DNA of 64,000 bases from Vicugna vicugna (Eukaryota): assembly GCA_013265495.1 (NCBI GenBank), contig MU057880.1, forward strand, positions 898,527 through 962,526. Reading direction: 5' to 3'. Positions 12,666 to 25,996 of this stretch are shown piece after piece (within the stretch, counting starts at the first letter, position 1; each line of letters begins with the position of its first letter). Made by a program: the position numbers and the translations under genes. The notes beneath the pieces are model-generated. The model was given only the letters and a program-made list of their open reading frames with translations, made no database searches and was not told the origin of the DNA.

Positions 12666-13199
12666 GTACAAGGACACTGTGTCCAGTATCTTTTTTTTCT
12701 CCCATACTGTCTTAAAAGGTGATGCAGGACTTTGGGCAATACAATAAGGTAATAAAAGGATGATGTAATAATGAGGACTTGTTTTACTATTGAGCCAGCC
12801 TTCTAGGTGATTCAGAGTCTTTTGTTTTCTTATTATCTTTGTCTTTTCTAGCATAGTTGGAAATAATTGTTGAGTAATGTTGAAATAATTCCTAGGATAA
12901 TGATATAGTAAAATGTTTAAAGCTGGAGGAAATTAAGATCACGTAAGTTATGAAAGGGTCTAATTGACCCATATGGTAATTGCAGGACAGAACGAGTCTT
13001 TTTACATTTTTAATCAGTAGAGTCACTTTTTGTTCTTTGGATAATATAAGTCTAAGAAAGAATGACAGTCGTGAAATATCTATCCCAACAAATAGTTAGA
13101 ACCTCTCAGAAAAGAAACTCAAAATCTAAAATTGGATTCAGTGGACTCTGATGTCACAGGGTTGCTCCACTGTAAACTGAGTCTCTGGCATTTGCAACA

Positions 13200-14475
13200 G
13201 AACACTTGATAATCTCGTCATAGCAAGCGGTGACTTCCCTGGTGTGGAAATCAAGACACTCCCCTGTCTTTGCAGTTGATACAGTTGACCACTTCTTCCT
13301 TTTTGAAACCCCCCCTCATTGCTGCTGTAGACCTCTTCTGGTGTTATACATCCCTCCTAGCTGCTCCTGCAGTCTCCTCTGGAGGCTCCTCCTTCCCCAT
13401 CCTTTAAAGCATGAGATTCCTCAGGGTTTCTTTTCCGCCTCGGCCAGAGTACTCCTCCCCTCATCCATGCCCCTCCTCTCCCTTCCTGGGACTCTGAACG
13501 CCACCTATACGTTGACGACACCCAGCCTTTTAGCTCTGATCTTGACCTCTTCTTGGTTTTTACAACCAGCTATCTACCCCATGTGTCCAGTTGGATATTT
13601 TACAGGCATCCCATACCCAACTCTTAATCTTTGCTTCTTCCAAATCCTGTTTCTCTTGCACCTTCCTCTTCTCAGAACGCAGTGCCTCCCTCTACATCTT
13701 TGTTTAAAACAGAAACTTGGGGAGCGGTCTTGACCCTCTCTCCTCATCATCAAGACATTTCCCACATCCGTCCCCCTCCCTCTCAGCTGCCGCTGTCACC
13801 CTGTACCAGCCATCAGTATCCCCTGCCTGGACTTCTGCTGTGAATTGATCTCTTTCTCGCCCCATTGCCAGCCTACTCTATATGTGCTACCATAAAGATC
13901 GATTCAAGATGTGAGTTGTTTTGTGTCACTTCCTTGATCAGAACACTTTAATGGCGTCCCACTGCATGTGGTGCCACCCAGAACCTTTAGTGTGGCCGAC
14001 AGAGGCTGTTTGCATCCCTCCCTCCGGATTAATAGCCCCCCACACTTCCACTCCCTGGCTGTCCTCCAGCCTCAATGGTGTGCTTTCACTTCTACTGGGA
14101 CTCCTCTTCCAGAGAGACCCCCACCCATCCCACAGCTCTTTGTCTCATTAACCCTTATTTATTTTTCCCTTTTCAACTGAAAATCACCACTTCACACCTT
14201 GACTGCCTGACTCTTTCGATCTCCATTCTTCATTAAGGACCCTACCTCCCTCCAGTGTTTCTGTTACAGCACCCTTTTCTAGTTCTTTAAAGCACTTACC
14301 ATAATTTATAATTAACCAATAAATGAGTGTGTATCACCTTTGCCTCCCACTAGACATATATATTCCTGTAGGTCCAGGACTCTGTTGGTCTTGTCGATTA
14401 ATATGCCAGGCACGTGGTATCCTCTCAAATGTATATTTGTTGAGCGAATGAATGAATGAGTCAGTGAATGAATGA
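13200..14475 (+). mobile_element. L2 LINE remnant
   Basis: gatacagttgaccacttcttcctttttgaaac motif, pyrimidine-rich body and the typical L2 3' end tttgttgagcgaatgaatgaatga. Confidence 0.65.
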
Positions 14476-14834
14476 AGTTCACAGTCCTTGCTGCAAGTAA
14501 GCTCTAGATCACAACATCATTCTCCGTAGTAATCACTAGCTAAGGAAGACTTCCTGAACTTTCCCCACATATTTACTTTGGGAGAAAGAAGGGGTCACTG
14601 CTGGCCAGTGTGAGTCCCCATTAGGAAACTGACCCTCTGTGGGGCTCAGACTTTTGCTCCAAATTTTCTGGTTTCACCCTGAAGCCCTTTTGCCCCGGCA
14701 TCACCTAACTGGCTTTGCACAGAGTCCTGGTGTGAATTTTGTCTTTCTGAACCACCTAACACTCAGTAGTACCAGCTGCTTTTTCTCCCATCAACCCCTG
14801 ACACCAAATCCCCCTCCTGAGACAAAGTGCACTC

Positions 14835-15318
14835 TGTCAGTTAGGACGCCTTTTGTTGCAAGGAATAGAAGCTTGAACCCAAACTGGTAGACAGTAAAGA
14901 TACTTTCTGTCGTAAAACAAAAGATCCAAAGGTAAAACAGGGTCCAAGCGGGGTATGTCAGGGCTCCGGTTCTGCTGCCCTGGGTTTCTCCTGGCTCTGT
15001 GGGGCCTGTGTGGTGGATTCTCCTTCAGTCTGGTAGCAGGATGATCACCACGTGCCTGGAATTATGTGCAGAGGCAACAGTGTCCAACAGAAGATGGGAG
15101 CAGTGTCTCCCCTAGTGTCATAATTTCTCAGAAGCTCTGCAGCGTTTAATCGCTGTCGAGGGAAACATGGTGTTGCTGTGACTGGCTTTGACCAATGGGG
15201 CTCTTTCCTGGATCCCACGAAGGAGGCGTGGTCCCCAGAACAAAGTTGAGGCTCTCACAAAGAGAGGAAGGGAGTGAGGAGGGTGATCGTTGGGTAAGCA
15301 ATCAAGAATGTTGGCCAT
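14835..15318. mobile_element. MaLR (MLT1-like) LTR remnant
   Basis: Begins tgtcagttaggacgccttttgttgcaaggaatagaa, an MLT1-type terminus. Confidence 0.5.
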
Positions 15319-16529
15319 ATGTAGATTAACTTATAAATTATAAAATGCTGACAGCTAAGTTTTCTCCAAATATTTTTCAAGAACCCTGTGCCATGACTCT
15401 GGAATCTTGCTTAGACTGGAGTGGGACAGAGGAGGATGGGTTTTTGCATTTCCAGCTCCGTGCATAGATTCTGTGGGATAGGAAGTGCCGGGTATGTAGG
15501 TTTTTTTGAACAAATTAAATGTGAAAATGTTGATAGGCTACTGTTTCTTCTCAGCTTAAAAAGATTACCCACAAGACACTTCCTTCTTCTGAACTTAAAA
15601 AAAATACTTTCTTTTCCGGTAGTATTTACCTATTTATTAATGCCTCCGAGGTAAATATAGTGATGTCTCCATCCCGCAACCTGTGGAAATAGCTACAGTT
15701 AACGCGCTTGTGATCTTTCTTCCTTCTTTCCTTTTTCTTTCTTTTTCTTTTTTGTTCATTTGTTTGACAGGGATTTTCATTCTGGGGCCTGATGACTGCC
15801 TAAGTCAATAGTTCAACAAACATCATCGTTTGTTGTTCTTAAATCATTAATTCTACATAAATTCATCTAGTTTATGTATTTAGCCAGTAGTCACCCAGTA
15901 TTCCAACACCACTGTGCTCTAGCCAGTGACCCTGAAGTGTTTGTTGCACACGAGTTACTGTGGAATTCTGCTTAAAATCGTGATTGGCCCACAGGCATTC
16001 TGCCCCATCCCCCACCTCTTCAAAGACCACAAAAATAACAGCAGAGCAATAAAAAAAAGAAGGCGTTGGCCTACCAGGAACAAACAAAAAGGGAGAGGGA
16101 GACAGAGAATTTGAGGTTTCCGCAAATGTTTGGCCAAGGACAAGTGCTTGGAAGTTGGAAAGTGGATGAAGGAGGGGTAAGTAATTGATCAAAGAGGAGA
16201 AGTTCAAAACCCAAGGATGAAGATGAGGACCAGTTCCCCTCAGAGACTCTCTACGGCTTTGCCATACAGGAGGGAAAGTTCTGCACATGAAGTAGTCAGA
16301 CCCCAGGTTCCTCCTATCCTCACTCACACTGTCCCTGTGTGGGCCAGAAGGGGACTGGGCGAGTGCCCAGCTCCCAGCGAGGGGAGGGCAGCCGAGAATA
16401 GCTCTGCAGACAGCTGTGATGGTAGGAGCCCCATGGATGCTGGTTTACCACTGGAGTATCTACTCATGGATTCCACAAATCAGCTCTCCACACAGAGCCT
16501 CTCATCACACGTTGAGAGTCTCATTCTTT

Positions 16530-16670
16530 TGGGGGGTAATTAAGTTTATTTATTATTATTGTTATTATTACTATTATTATTATTTTAAACAGAGGTCCTG
16601 GGAATTGAACTCAGGACCACATGCATGCTAAGCACACACTCTACCACTGAGCTACACCCTCCCCCCTCCC
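16530..16670 (-). mobile_element. Vic-1-like SINE
   Basis: Reverse-strand copy with an (ATT)n tail; TSD agagtct(c/g)attctt on both sides. Confidence 0.85.
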
Positions 16671-16689
16671 AAGAGTCTGATTCTTAAAT

Positions 16690-18178
16690 ATGAAGGGCAA
16701 TCCAAGAACAACTCAGTATTTGATGAACACCTCACATGGAAAGGAAAATGCACACAGAGCTGAAAGGGATCTGGGGTGAACACAGACCATGCAGGGAGAA
16801 AGGGACTTCAGAAACTGGAATTGATTAGTCTAAACAAAAATAAGAGATGAAAAAAGAAAACACAACAAGAAAGTACCCTTGAAAATTCAATATATGATGA
16901 TGTAAATAAAATACTCAATTTTTAAAAAGTGAAGGATAAAATTGGGAAGAATGGAAAATTGAAGAGGAAAGGTGGAACATTAGAGAATCCATCCATGGAC
17001 TTCCCAAGAGGACTGTCAGAAAGGAGATCAGCAAAGACAGGGGAACATATCACCAAAGAAACAACAGAAGAAAATCTCCCGGGACTGAGGATATGAGTCC
17101 CCGTGTTGGTAGGGCTCACCCAGAAGAATACATTTTCTTCATCTACTTCAGGGCACAACATCATTAAATTTCAGAACATCTTGTGTAAAGAAAAAGTTAT
17201 AAGACCTTTCAGAGAAGAAAGCAGTTCACAAAAACCAAACAGAACTCAGAAAAGCATCAGAGTCATTGCCAGCTGGTCTTGGTGAAGGGAGACTAGGGGG
17301 CATACCTAAACATAAACAGGTGGAGAGAAAACTATTTTAGCCTAGGATCCTTCCCCAAACCAAACTACACATCACGTCACGTAGAATACACACACTTTGA
17401 GACACATAAGGTCTCAGACATCATACCTCCATCCTTTCTTAGGCAGCTGGGAGATACATGTTAGCAAAATAGAGGATGAAAACAAGAAAAGGGAGGATGG
17501 GGCAGGAAGATCCTAGAAAGAAAAGCAGCAAGGTGGCAGGAAGGGGCAGCCCAGGGCCTCTGCAAAACAGCCAGGCCAGGGAAGGAGAAGTGGTGGGCTC
17601 CTGAGGCTTCAAGAAAGATGCACTGTAAGTATGGGAGCATAAAGAGGATACAGCAGAGATGCTAGAACCCTGGGAAAAGATTAGCATTAGGTAGCTGGGA
17701 AACCAAACAGGTGATGAAGTGAGGCAATGATTAACTTCAGGGAAAAAAAGAGAAAGCTTGCACAGGGAAAGAAAAAGTGTGCTTTCAGCACATTACTTGG
17801 CTCAGGGACCAATATTTATTACATCGTCTCTCTAACGTAATGTGGGCTATTGATTTAACAAAAATTACACATAGTTATATATGGGGAGGGAATAAGAAAA
17901 AATGGAGTTGGGGGAGGGGAGCAATGATCTCGTATTTATTCACAATGGCAGGAAGTCAAGAGACAGGACTGAAATTGGCAAACCAAGAAATCGTGACATA
18001 TGCATGTAATTTTTAAAAAATATATGGAGGAAAATGACGGTGAAACTAGCTAGAAAAGTTGAGGGTGGGAACCTGTAGGGCTGGGGTGGGGTGGGAAAGG
18101 GTGGAGCAGGAGACTGCTGGGTTTTTTTTTTAAGACTTTTAGTACTATTTGACTTTTAAAGTGATACACGTGGATATG

Positions 18179-18180
<2 letters not shown>
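16690..18180 (+). mobile_element. Ancient L1 ORF1 / HAL1-like remnant
   Basis: Degraded ORF1-like peptide (HNIIKFQN...KEKVIRPFRE) in an A-rich, purine-biased tract. Family assignment is from recall. Confidence 0.5.

Positions 18181-18181
<1 letters not shown>

Positions 18182-18213
<32 letters not shown>
18182..18213. repeat. (TG)n microsatellite
   Basis: Direct reading. Confidence 0.95.
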
Positions 18214-18217
<4 letters not shown>

Positions 18218-19394
18218 CTTTGATTAAAAAAAGTTTATTTTTAAATCGTCTCACTTATGGGCATTGTTAAAAGTCCTCTTTCTGGGTCTGATTCTATGAG
18301 ATTCCAATCTAGTAAGAATAGGACTCAGGAAATGAACTTGAAATAGAACCTCAAGAAATCTGGATGCAGATGGCTCACGGACAACGCTTTGAGACACATC
18401 ACACAGATCCCCTGAAATTCTGTGCAGAGTTTTGCGAGAATGTGCAGTCTTTCAGAAAAAGTCTATACTTTCCTGATTTTCACTGATGCCCCCAAGCCCA
18501 AATAAGTTCAAATATTGTTTTTCTAGCTCTGCCTTCCTTCCAAGAATAAATGAGATTCTGCTAATTATTTAAGGTCAGACGCAGACCTAATTGTTTTTGT
18601 AGTGGGTTAAGCACTTTATAAAGCTCATTGAGTGTATAGACAGGAAAGCACTGGCTGAATTTTCAGTCCACTGTTGAGTACATTACAAGGAGAATACCAC
18701 AGCGTGATCACTGCAGTGCACTGGATATAAACCCAGTGGTTTGAAGAAGTCAGTGTGGATTTGCTGGCATCTACCAGCGATGTCGACCAAGCCTAGAGTT
18801 CAGTTTCATTCGGTTGGAAAAAACATCTGTATGTTGTCATTCAATGGTATCTTTATATAACAGTGCCCGAGTCCAACTGGAAAATTTAATGTGCGTATTT
18901 TGACAACCTTGTATTTTTATTCAACATTTTAGTAATTTTACAGTGTCAGCTGGCCTTCCTCAAATTTCTTTACCCTTTCAATTTTTTAAAAATTGCTTTT
19001 GTCTTTATAAAACATGACAGGAGTTCACGACTTGTCATTTGGATTAAACTAGGCAGCAAAATATGGTTTCAGATTAATTGCTGGAAGGAATTAAATTTTG
19101 ATTCATCTGTTTTCTTTAAATCTTACACATTAAAATGTTAGAGAAATTACTTTTTTTATTTTGGTGACTATAAAAAGTCTGAAATATTTTTAAAAGATGC
19201 ATCGTATAGACCAGTACAAACCAGTAGCCAATAAATTAATGTTTGTTGAATGAATAATAACATATAATGTGGTAATTATTAGTTATTTAAGCAGATTGCA
19301 CACTAATTTGCATATCAAAGTTCCTTATTAATAGATCGATGATATTCTTAGGTGCAGTACACTATTTCTTAAAAATAATAGCAAGTCCATCTGT

Positions 19395-19610
19395 AACATT
19401 TATTCTGTCCCAGACCTTGTTCTAAGCATTTTCCTGCTATTCTCTCATTTAACCCTGGCAACAACCCTATGAGGGAAGTAATATGATTACTCCCATTTTA
19501 CAGATGAGAAAACTGATACCCAACGTTAAGTAGCTGCCACCACCTAGTGAACAGCCGAGTGATGAAACCATCAGTCTGGCCCAGAACCATACCCTTTTGA
19601 CTGCTGTGCT
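19395..19610 (-). mobile_element. MIR SINE
   Basis: MIR core cccattttacagatgagaaaactga. Similar cores lie at about 2660-2740, 6520-6700, 34200-34420 and 53080-53200. Confidence 0.7.
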
Positions 19611-21909
19611 ATATACACTCTCACGGGACAAATTATTGCAGAGGAACAGTCACATAAACAATTATGTCAATGTACTATATGATATTTACTTACATGTAGA
19701 TTTTTTAGAAGATTCATTTTAAAGGGAAAAAACCACTACCAAAAATTTGTTTTTCTCATGGGACAGCTATCTGCTGACAACTTGTGAAACCCTCATGCTT
19801 TAGGGAACACGTTTTCTGAAACGATGGCCTAAATAATGGTTTCAAATGTCCATTTCTGTTGTTCCTTTTTGGACTTGGTTCCTTCTTTCAGCCCCTTCTG
19901 AACTGATTTGCCTCCCCTGAGCTCCTTCTCTTTCAAAACTTAGTAGGAGACACCTTCGTGCAACCCTCTGGCTACCAAAATGCTTATTACTTAGCAAGAC
20001 TGCACCGTCAGTTCTGCCCCCAGGTCAAGGTTTATTCTCTGAGCTACATAGCTTACTTAAATAATTTCTAATCAAGGCACAAATGGAATCTAAACATCAC
20101 TAATTTGGGGGAAAAAGTTCAGTACAAAAAATATATCAAATTAAATCTGAATGTCCCCCAAATATGATACCTCTCCATTAACAGCCAAAGATTTTGCATC
20201 ATTCTTTGATATCCTTGAGCTAATACTTCTATTTCACTTCCCCACATAATTTTATCTTCATGCAAAACAATTTCTATACTTGAAAATCTTTGATTATTCA
20301 ATTACTATCCCCTGTAACAAACAGAGATATAAATTTAAATGAATTTACTTCTGGGCTAATAAATCTCTAAATTAAAATATCCCAGCATTCTAGTACAAAA
20401 TGTATCAATGCAGCATCAATTTGTAATTCTTAAACATACACAAAATAAAATCGTGTGATAAATGCATGTCTCAATGACAGATGAAGGTAAATTCAGTTTA
20501 TTCACTCTTAGGGATAAAGATTACTCATTGCAAGAATCAGATGGGCTCGACAGTAATTTATACTTTTTGTTCCTTTTTATAGATGTAAATGCTGTGAAAC
20601 CTTATTTACATATGCAAGTCGATGAGATTGGAGGGAGTTTTGTTACAGCACTATAAGTTTTTCCTTCTAAGGCATTCTTTAAAAAAAATCACTGAGTTCT
20701 AAATATTAAAAATTAGACTGTCATCTAACATGTAAAAAACATGCTATGTTATGTTAGCATTAAATTCCAACTGTTTTTAGTAAAAATTTTTTTAAGTGAA
20801 GTACTGTCAGGTATAATGTGTCAATTTCTGGTGTACAGCACGGTGTCCATGTACATACATATATTCATTTTCATGTTCTTTTTCATTAAAGGTTACTACC
20901 TGATTGTTTTTAATAGACTTTCTATTCTCTTCTACATACTCGTTTTTTCCTGTCCAGTCAAATATGACACTAATTATTATAGACTTAGAGGATATTTTGA
21001 TTTCTCACAAGTGCAAGTTCCTCCTGACTCTTCTCTTAAAAAGTTTTTTTTTTTTTTGGCTCATATTTACCTTTCTCGGTCATTTTTATGATCAACTTGT
21101 CAAATTTCTGAAACTCTAGGTTAGGCTGCTTATTGAAGGGTACTGAATTTTAGATTAATTTGGGCATATTTGATATTGTCCCAATACCGAGTCTCCCGAT
21201 CTGGGAACTCAGCGAGTCTGTTCATTTAGTCAAGCCTTGTTTCATGTCCCACGATGACGTTTTCTGGGTTTTGTTTCACGGGTTTCACTGCTGCTTTCTG
21301 AATGTAAGATAACACATCTCTTCTGGCCACTTTAAATGCATTCTTTCTTTTTCTCCTCCCTCCCTCTCTTGCTTCCTTCCTTCTTTCTTTTTCTCTTGCC
21401 GTCTTGAATGGACTGTATACTTGCACAAGACTGGAAACGGACTGGCTTTACAACCTCCTCAGTGCGTAACACAAAGCTACGCTGGCACGGTTGCTAAGGA
21501 AAGAAATATGTGTTAAATAAATGAATCAACGAAAGCCTTGATTCATCAGCTAGAAATCCAGCAGGAAGACTTGGAGTTGGAGGAGGGGGTGGGCATTCCA
21601 GGATAAGATTCAAAGGAATTACAGTTCCTTAGAAATAGATGACACATTGTGGCTTGGTTATACCACATGAGAGATTCGACAAGCTGTCTGATTTTTTTTT
21701 TTTAACTTAAGAAACAAAATGACCTGGCTATTAGGCAAATTGCCCCAGTGTGGCTTCACTCAGAGAGCCCGAAGAGATAGATAGATGCTTCTGATTTCCT
21801 CAGGCTTTGAGAAAAATGCAAAAGGTTTTCTCCATGTGAGGGTTCCTGAAATGCTATTTCCATTGAATAGCAAAGATAATTTAAAATTTTCTTTTAAAAA
21901 GAATGTCTG

Positions 21910-22151
21910 TCTATCTGGGATTTCAAAATTGTAGAACAGATAAACAAGATTACACTTTATAGCACAGGGAAATACACACAAAATGTTATGATAACTCACA
22001 GAGAAAAAAATGTGACAATGAGTGTGTTTATGTCCATGAATGACTGAAAAATTGTGCTGAACACTGGAATTTGACACAACATTGTAAAACGATTATAAAT
22101 CAATAAAAAATGTTAATAAAAAAAGAAAGGCCTAAAAAAATAAAAAAAAAA
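21910..22151 (+). mobile_element. 5'-truncated L1 3' end with poly(A) and TSD
   Basis: tatagcacagggaaat...ttgacacaacattgtaaa...aataaaaaa, flanked by the TSD taaaaagaatgtctg. Confidence 0.75.
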
Positions 22152-23126
22152 TAAAAAGAATGTCTGCTAAAAAGAAAGAAAAATTTAAAAAAAAATCTAA
22201 CAAAAAACAAAACCAAAAAAAGAAGAAAAAATCCAAAATAAAAAGGATGTCTGCTGCCTAAATGTCACAGACTTGGTCTTTTAAGCAGGGAGCATGTTAG
22301 ACACAGACGACCTGGTGATCTTCCTCATGGTGTACAAATATTCTTCTACTTCTCCCACCCTGAAGAATTTTAAAACCCTTTCCTAGCTCCCTTGCTTGAC
22401 GGCTTTCATGTCACCTCTCTGTTCGTGTTTAAATGGCAAAAAGCCTGAAAGGAATATCTCTATTTCTTGAACTTAGCTTTTATCTTCTTATTTTTTTTAA
22501 TTATTTTGAAAAATTTCAAGCGTACACAAAGGTAGGGAGACAGTATAATGAACTCTGTATATCATTTTGTCAGTGTGATTTCACGCACCCTTCTCTTCTA
22601 AGTCTTCTGGAGAGTCTTAAAGCAAATTCCAGACCTCACAGCATTTCATCTGTGAACATGCCAGCAGGCACCTCTAACAGATAAGGACTGTAGAAAATGC
22701 CCATCGCATACCAGTATCGTCCTGCAAGTCTAAATACATAATCAGGGTTTAAATTTCCTAGATTTTCTTGCAAAGATCTTTTTTACAATAAATTTGCTCC
22801 AATCAGGCTCTAAACACATTGCATTTAGAGGCAGTTTTCCATCTCTAACAGTGTCTCTCCCCGCTTTTTTCATGCCACTTATATGTTTTATTCTGGGGGG
22901 GAGGGGTTTTGTTTTGTTTCGTTTTGTTTTTACAAAGGTCATTTTTCCCGTAGACGTCCCCACATTCTGGATTTGGCTGCCTGCATCCTCATGGTTTTGT
23001 CCAACATGTTCCTTTTTCTCTCCTATATTTCCTGTAAATTGAGGCTCAGTTCCCTGCTGTCTTGCATCGTGGAGGGTCTCACGTTCATGGTCTTCTTGTC
23101 TAAGGCTGTGTGTGTGGTCACACTCC

Positions 23127-23278
23127 TTTTTTTTTTTTAATTTTGTTTTTGTTTGTTTGGTAATTAGATTTATTTATTTATTTACGTTATTTATTTTTTA
23201 GAGGAAGTACTGGGGATTGAATCCAGGACCCCGTGAATGCTAAGCACACAGTCTATACTGAGCTATACCCACCTCCTC
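23127..23278 (-). mobile_element. Vic-1-like SINE
   Basis: Reverse-strand tRNA head with T-rich tail; part of the composite unit in findings. Confidence 0.8.
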
Positions 23279-23539
23279 ACTTATTTTTACCTTGATGGTG
23301 TCAGTGATGAAAGAGACTGAGTTTTCAGAGGAGCGGTAAGCGCGTCCGCAGGCAGTAACTCTGGCCTGGATGGACGTGGCTGGGCGTTCAGGAATCGCTT
23401 TAGGAGTATGGTATGTTTTTCAGAATTATTTGCACGTTTTTCTTATCAAGAATAAAATCTTATTTAAGTATTTTTTTTAATTTAGCAGAAGGGGGAAATG
23501 TATTAAGCAAAGGGATACAGCTGCGAAGCCAAATCATTA

Positions 23540-23641
23540 TTTTATTTACTTTATTTTATTTTATTTAATGGAGGCCTTGAGGACTGAACCCAGGACCTCA
23601 CGCATGCTAAGCACGCACTCCACCACTGAGCTACACGCCCT
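23540..23641 (-). mobile_element. Vic-1-like SINE
   Basis: Reverse-strand tRNA head with T-rich tail; part of the composite unit in findings. Confidence 0.85.
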
Positions 23642-24269
23642 GTCAGGCTTCTTGACGACTGAGGTCGTTGTCCCTAAGGTGGTGGCCCATTCTCAGCCCT
23701 CCTTTTCCTGCGGCCGTGACCCCTTCACTCTCCCTGACACCCCCACTTCTTTGGCTGCCCATATTCCACACTTGGGGTCCCCATTTACCTCGCCTGTCGC
23801 TCTTTCACCATCTCTTTTTCTGGCTTCTCATGACAGTCTGAACCTCTCAAGGTGGGAGCTCTGGAGAGTCGTCCTCCACCCCTCCTCCCTGACCATCTCA
23901 CCCAGTTCCAGGCTCTCATCACCGATTCACACACGCCGACTTCTTCGCTTTAGCGCCGTGGCAGGTCTCCCCCAGACCCACGTTCATACCGCCAGCGCCC
24001 AGCTGACGTTCCCAGGTGAGTGTCTCCGAGCATCTCCAGGTGCTGCTGCCCGGGACTCCACGTGGACCTCCTTCCCCATCCGCTCCTCCCTTGGGCTTCA
24101 TCTCTGCGGATGACAAGCTGTCCTTTCAGCCTGGGGTTCATAATCTTAGAATCATTCTAGACCCTTTCTCTCTACCCCAAATAGACTCTGTCAGCAATTC
24201 TGAGGGACTCTATCTTCAAAATATACCCCTAGTCTGTGTATTTACTATTGCCTCCACTGCTGTCATCTT

Positions 24270-24934
24270 TTTTACATTTTATTTTATTTTTTATTGAAGT
24301 GTACTTGATTTACAATGTTAGTTTCAGGTGTACAGCAAAGCGATTCAGTTATACATATATATACGTATATTCCTTTTCATATTCTTTTCCATTATAAGTT
24401 ATTACAAGAAATTGAATATAGTTCCCTGTGCTATACAGTAGGTCTTTGTTCACCTATTTTATAAAATGTGTGTCTGTTAATTCCCAACTCCTAATTTATC
24501 CCTCCCTCCCTTTCCCTTTTGGTAACCATAGTTTGTTTTATATGTCTGTGAGTCTATTTTTGGTTTGTAAACAGAATTTGTATCTTTTTTTAGATTCCAC
24601 ATATAAGTGATATTATATGATGTTTGCCTTTCTCTGACTTCACTTAGTATGATAATCTCTAGGTCCATCCATGGTGTTGCAAATGGCATTATTTCATTCT
24701 TTTTAATGGCTGAGTAGTATTCCATTGTATAAATATCCCAGAACTTCTTTATCCGGTCATCTGTCAGTGGACATTTAGCATGTTTCCATGTCTTGGCTAT
24801 TGTATGTAGTGCTGCTGTGAACATTGGGGTGCATGTGTCTTTTCAAATTATAGTTTTATCTGGATACATGCCCAGGAGTGGGACTGCTGGGTCATAGGGT
24901 AAGTCTATTTTTGGTTTTTTAAGGAATCTCTATA
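24270..24934 (-). mobile_element. 5'-truncated LINE-1 (ORF2 C-terminus + 3'UTR)
   Basis: ORF 24477-24824 encodes FTAALHTIAKTWK...YTMEYYSAIKKNEIMPFATPWMDLEIIILSE, a typical L1 ORF2 end. TSD ctgtcatctt at 24260-24269 and 24935-24944. Confidence 0.92.
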
Positions 24935-25024
24935 CTGTCATCTTGATTCAGCCCATTGTCACCTCTTGCTTCCTGACTGCTTTCTGACCCCCTCCCTTGT
25001 TCTTAGCACAGCAGCTAGCATAAG

Positions 25025-25144
25025 CTTTTCTTTCTTTCTCTTCCTTCCTTCCTTCCTTTCTTCCTTTCTTTCTCTCTCTCTCTTTTCTTTTCTTTTCTTT
25101 CTTTCTTTCTTTCTTCCTTCCTCCCTCCCTTTCTTCCTCCCTCC

Positions 25145-25211
<67 letters not shown>

Positions 25212-25425
25212 TTCTTCTTTCTTTCTTTCTTTCTCTTTCTTTCTTTCTCTTTCTTCCTTCCTTCTTCCTTCCTTCCTTCCTTACTTCCTTCCTTCCTCTC
25301 TCTGTTTCTCTCTCTGTTTCTCTCTCTCTCTCCCTCACTTCCATCCTTCCTTCCTTCCTTCCTTCCTCTCTCTGTTTCTCTCTCTGTTTCTCTCTCTCTC
25401 TCCCTCACTTCCTTCCTTCCTTCCT
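25025..25425. repeat. Polypyrimidine microsatellite complex (TTTC/TTCC/TC)n
   Basis: About 400 bp almost free of purines on the plus strand, with an internal duplication of roughly 60 bp. Confidence 0.95.
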
Positions 25426-25852
25426 GCATGACTTGCCTATTTTTTATTAGGTTATTCTCACATATCATATGATTTTCATTGCTGTTACGAATACTGTCAC
25501 CTTTTCAAATTACACTTCCTAACTCTTAAGGGTATATACAAATAAAATTGATTTTTTTTACTTACTGATCTCATAGTTAGCTCTCTTCCTAAGCTCTCAT
25601 TTCTCATTTTTTCTAATTGAAGTATAGTCAATTTACAATGTTGTGTTCATTTCTGGTGTACAGCATAGTGATTCAGCTATACATATATGTATATTTCTTT
25701 TAATATTCTTTTCCATTAGAGCTTATTACAAGATATTGAATTAGTTCCCTAGAGTGAGCTTTTAAAATTTTGGTTAAGTCACATCACATCACTCCACTGC
25801 TCAGAAAATCTCACTGATTTTCTCATTTCTTTACAATCAAAGTTGAGCATTT

Positions 25853-25996
25853 GGGTAGGAGGGTACAGCTCAGTGGTAAAGTGCATGCCTAGCACACACG
25901 AGGTCCTGGGTTCAATCCCCAGCACCTCCATTAAAAAATAAAAATAAATAAATCTAATTACTTCTCACCAAATCTAATTACTGCCCTCCCAAAAAA
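25853..25996 (+). mobile_element. Vic-1-like SINE
   Basis: tRNA head, A tract, duplicated AATCTAATTAC tail motif. Confidence 0.85.

Noticed and set aside
24959..25472. Lys/Glu/Arg-rich and Phe/Leu/Ser-rich ORFs
   Set aside because: Translations of the CT microsatellite.
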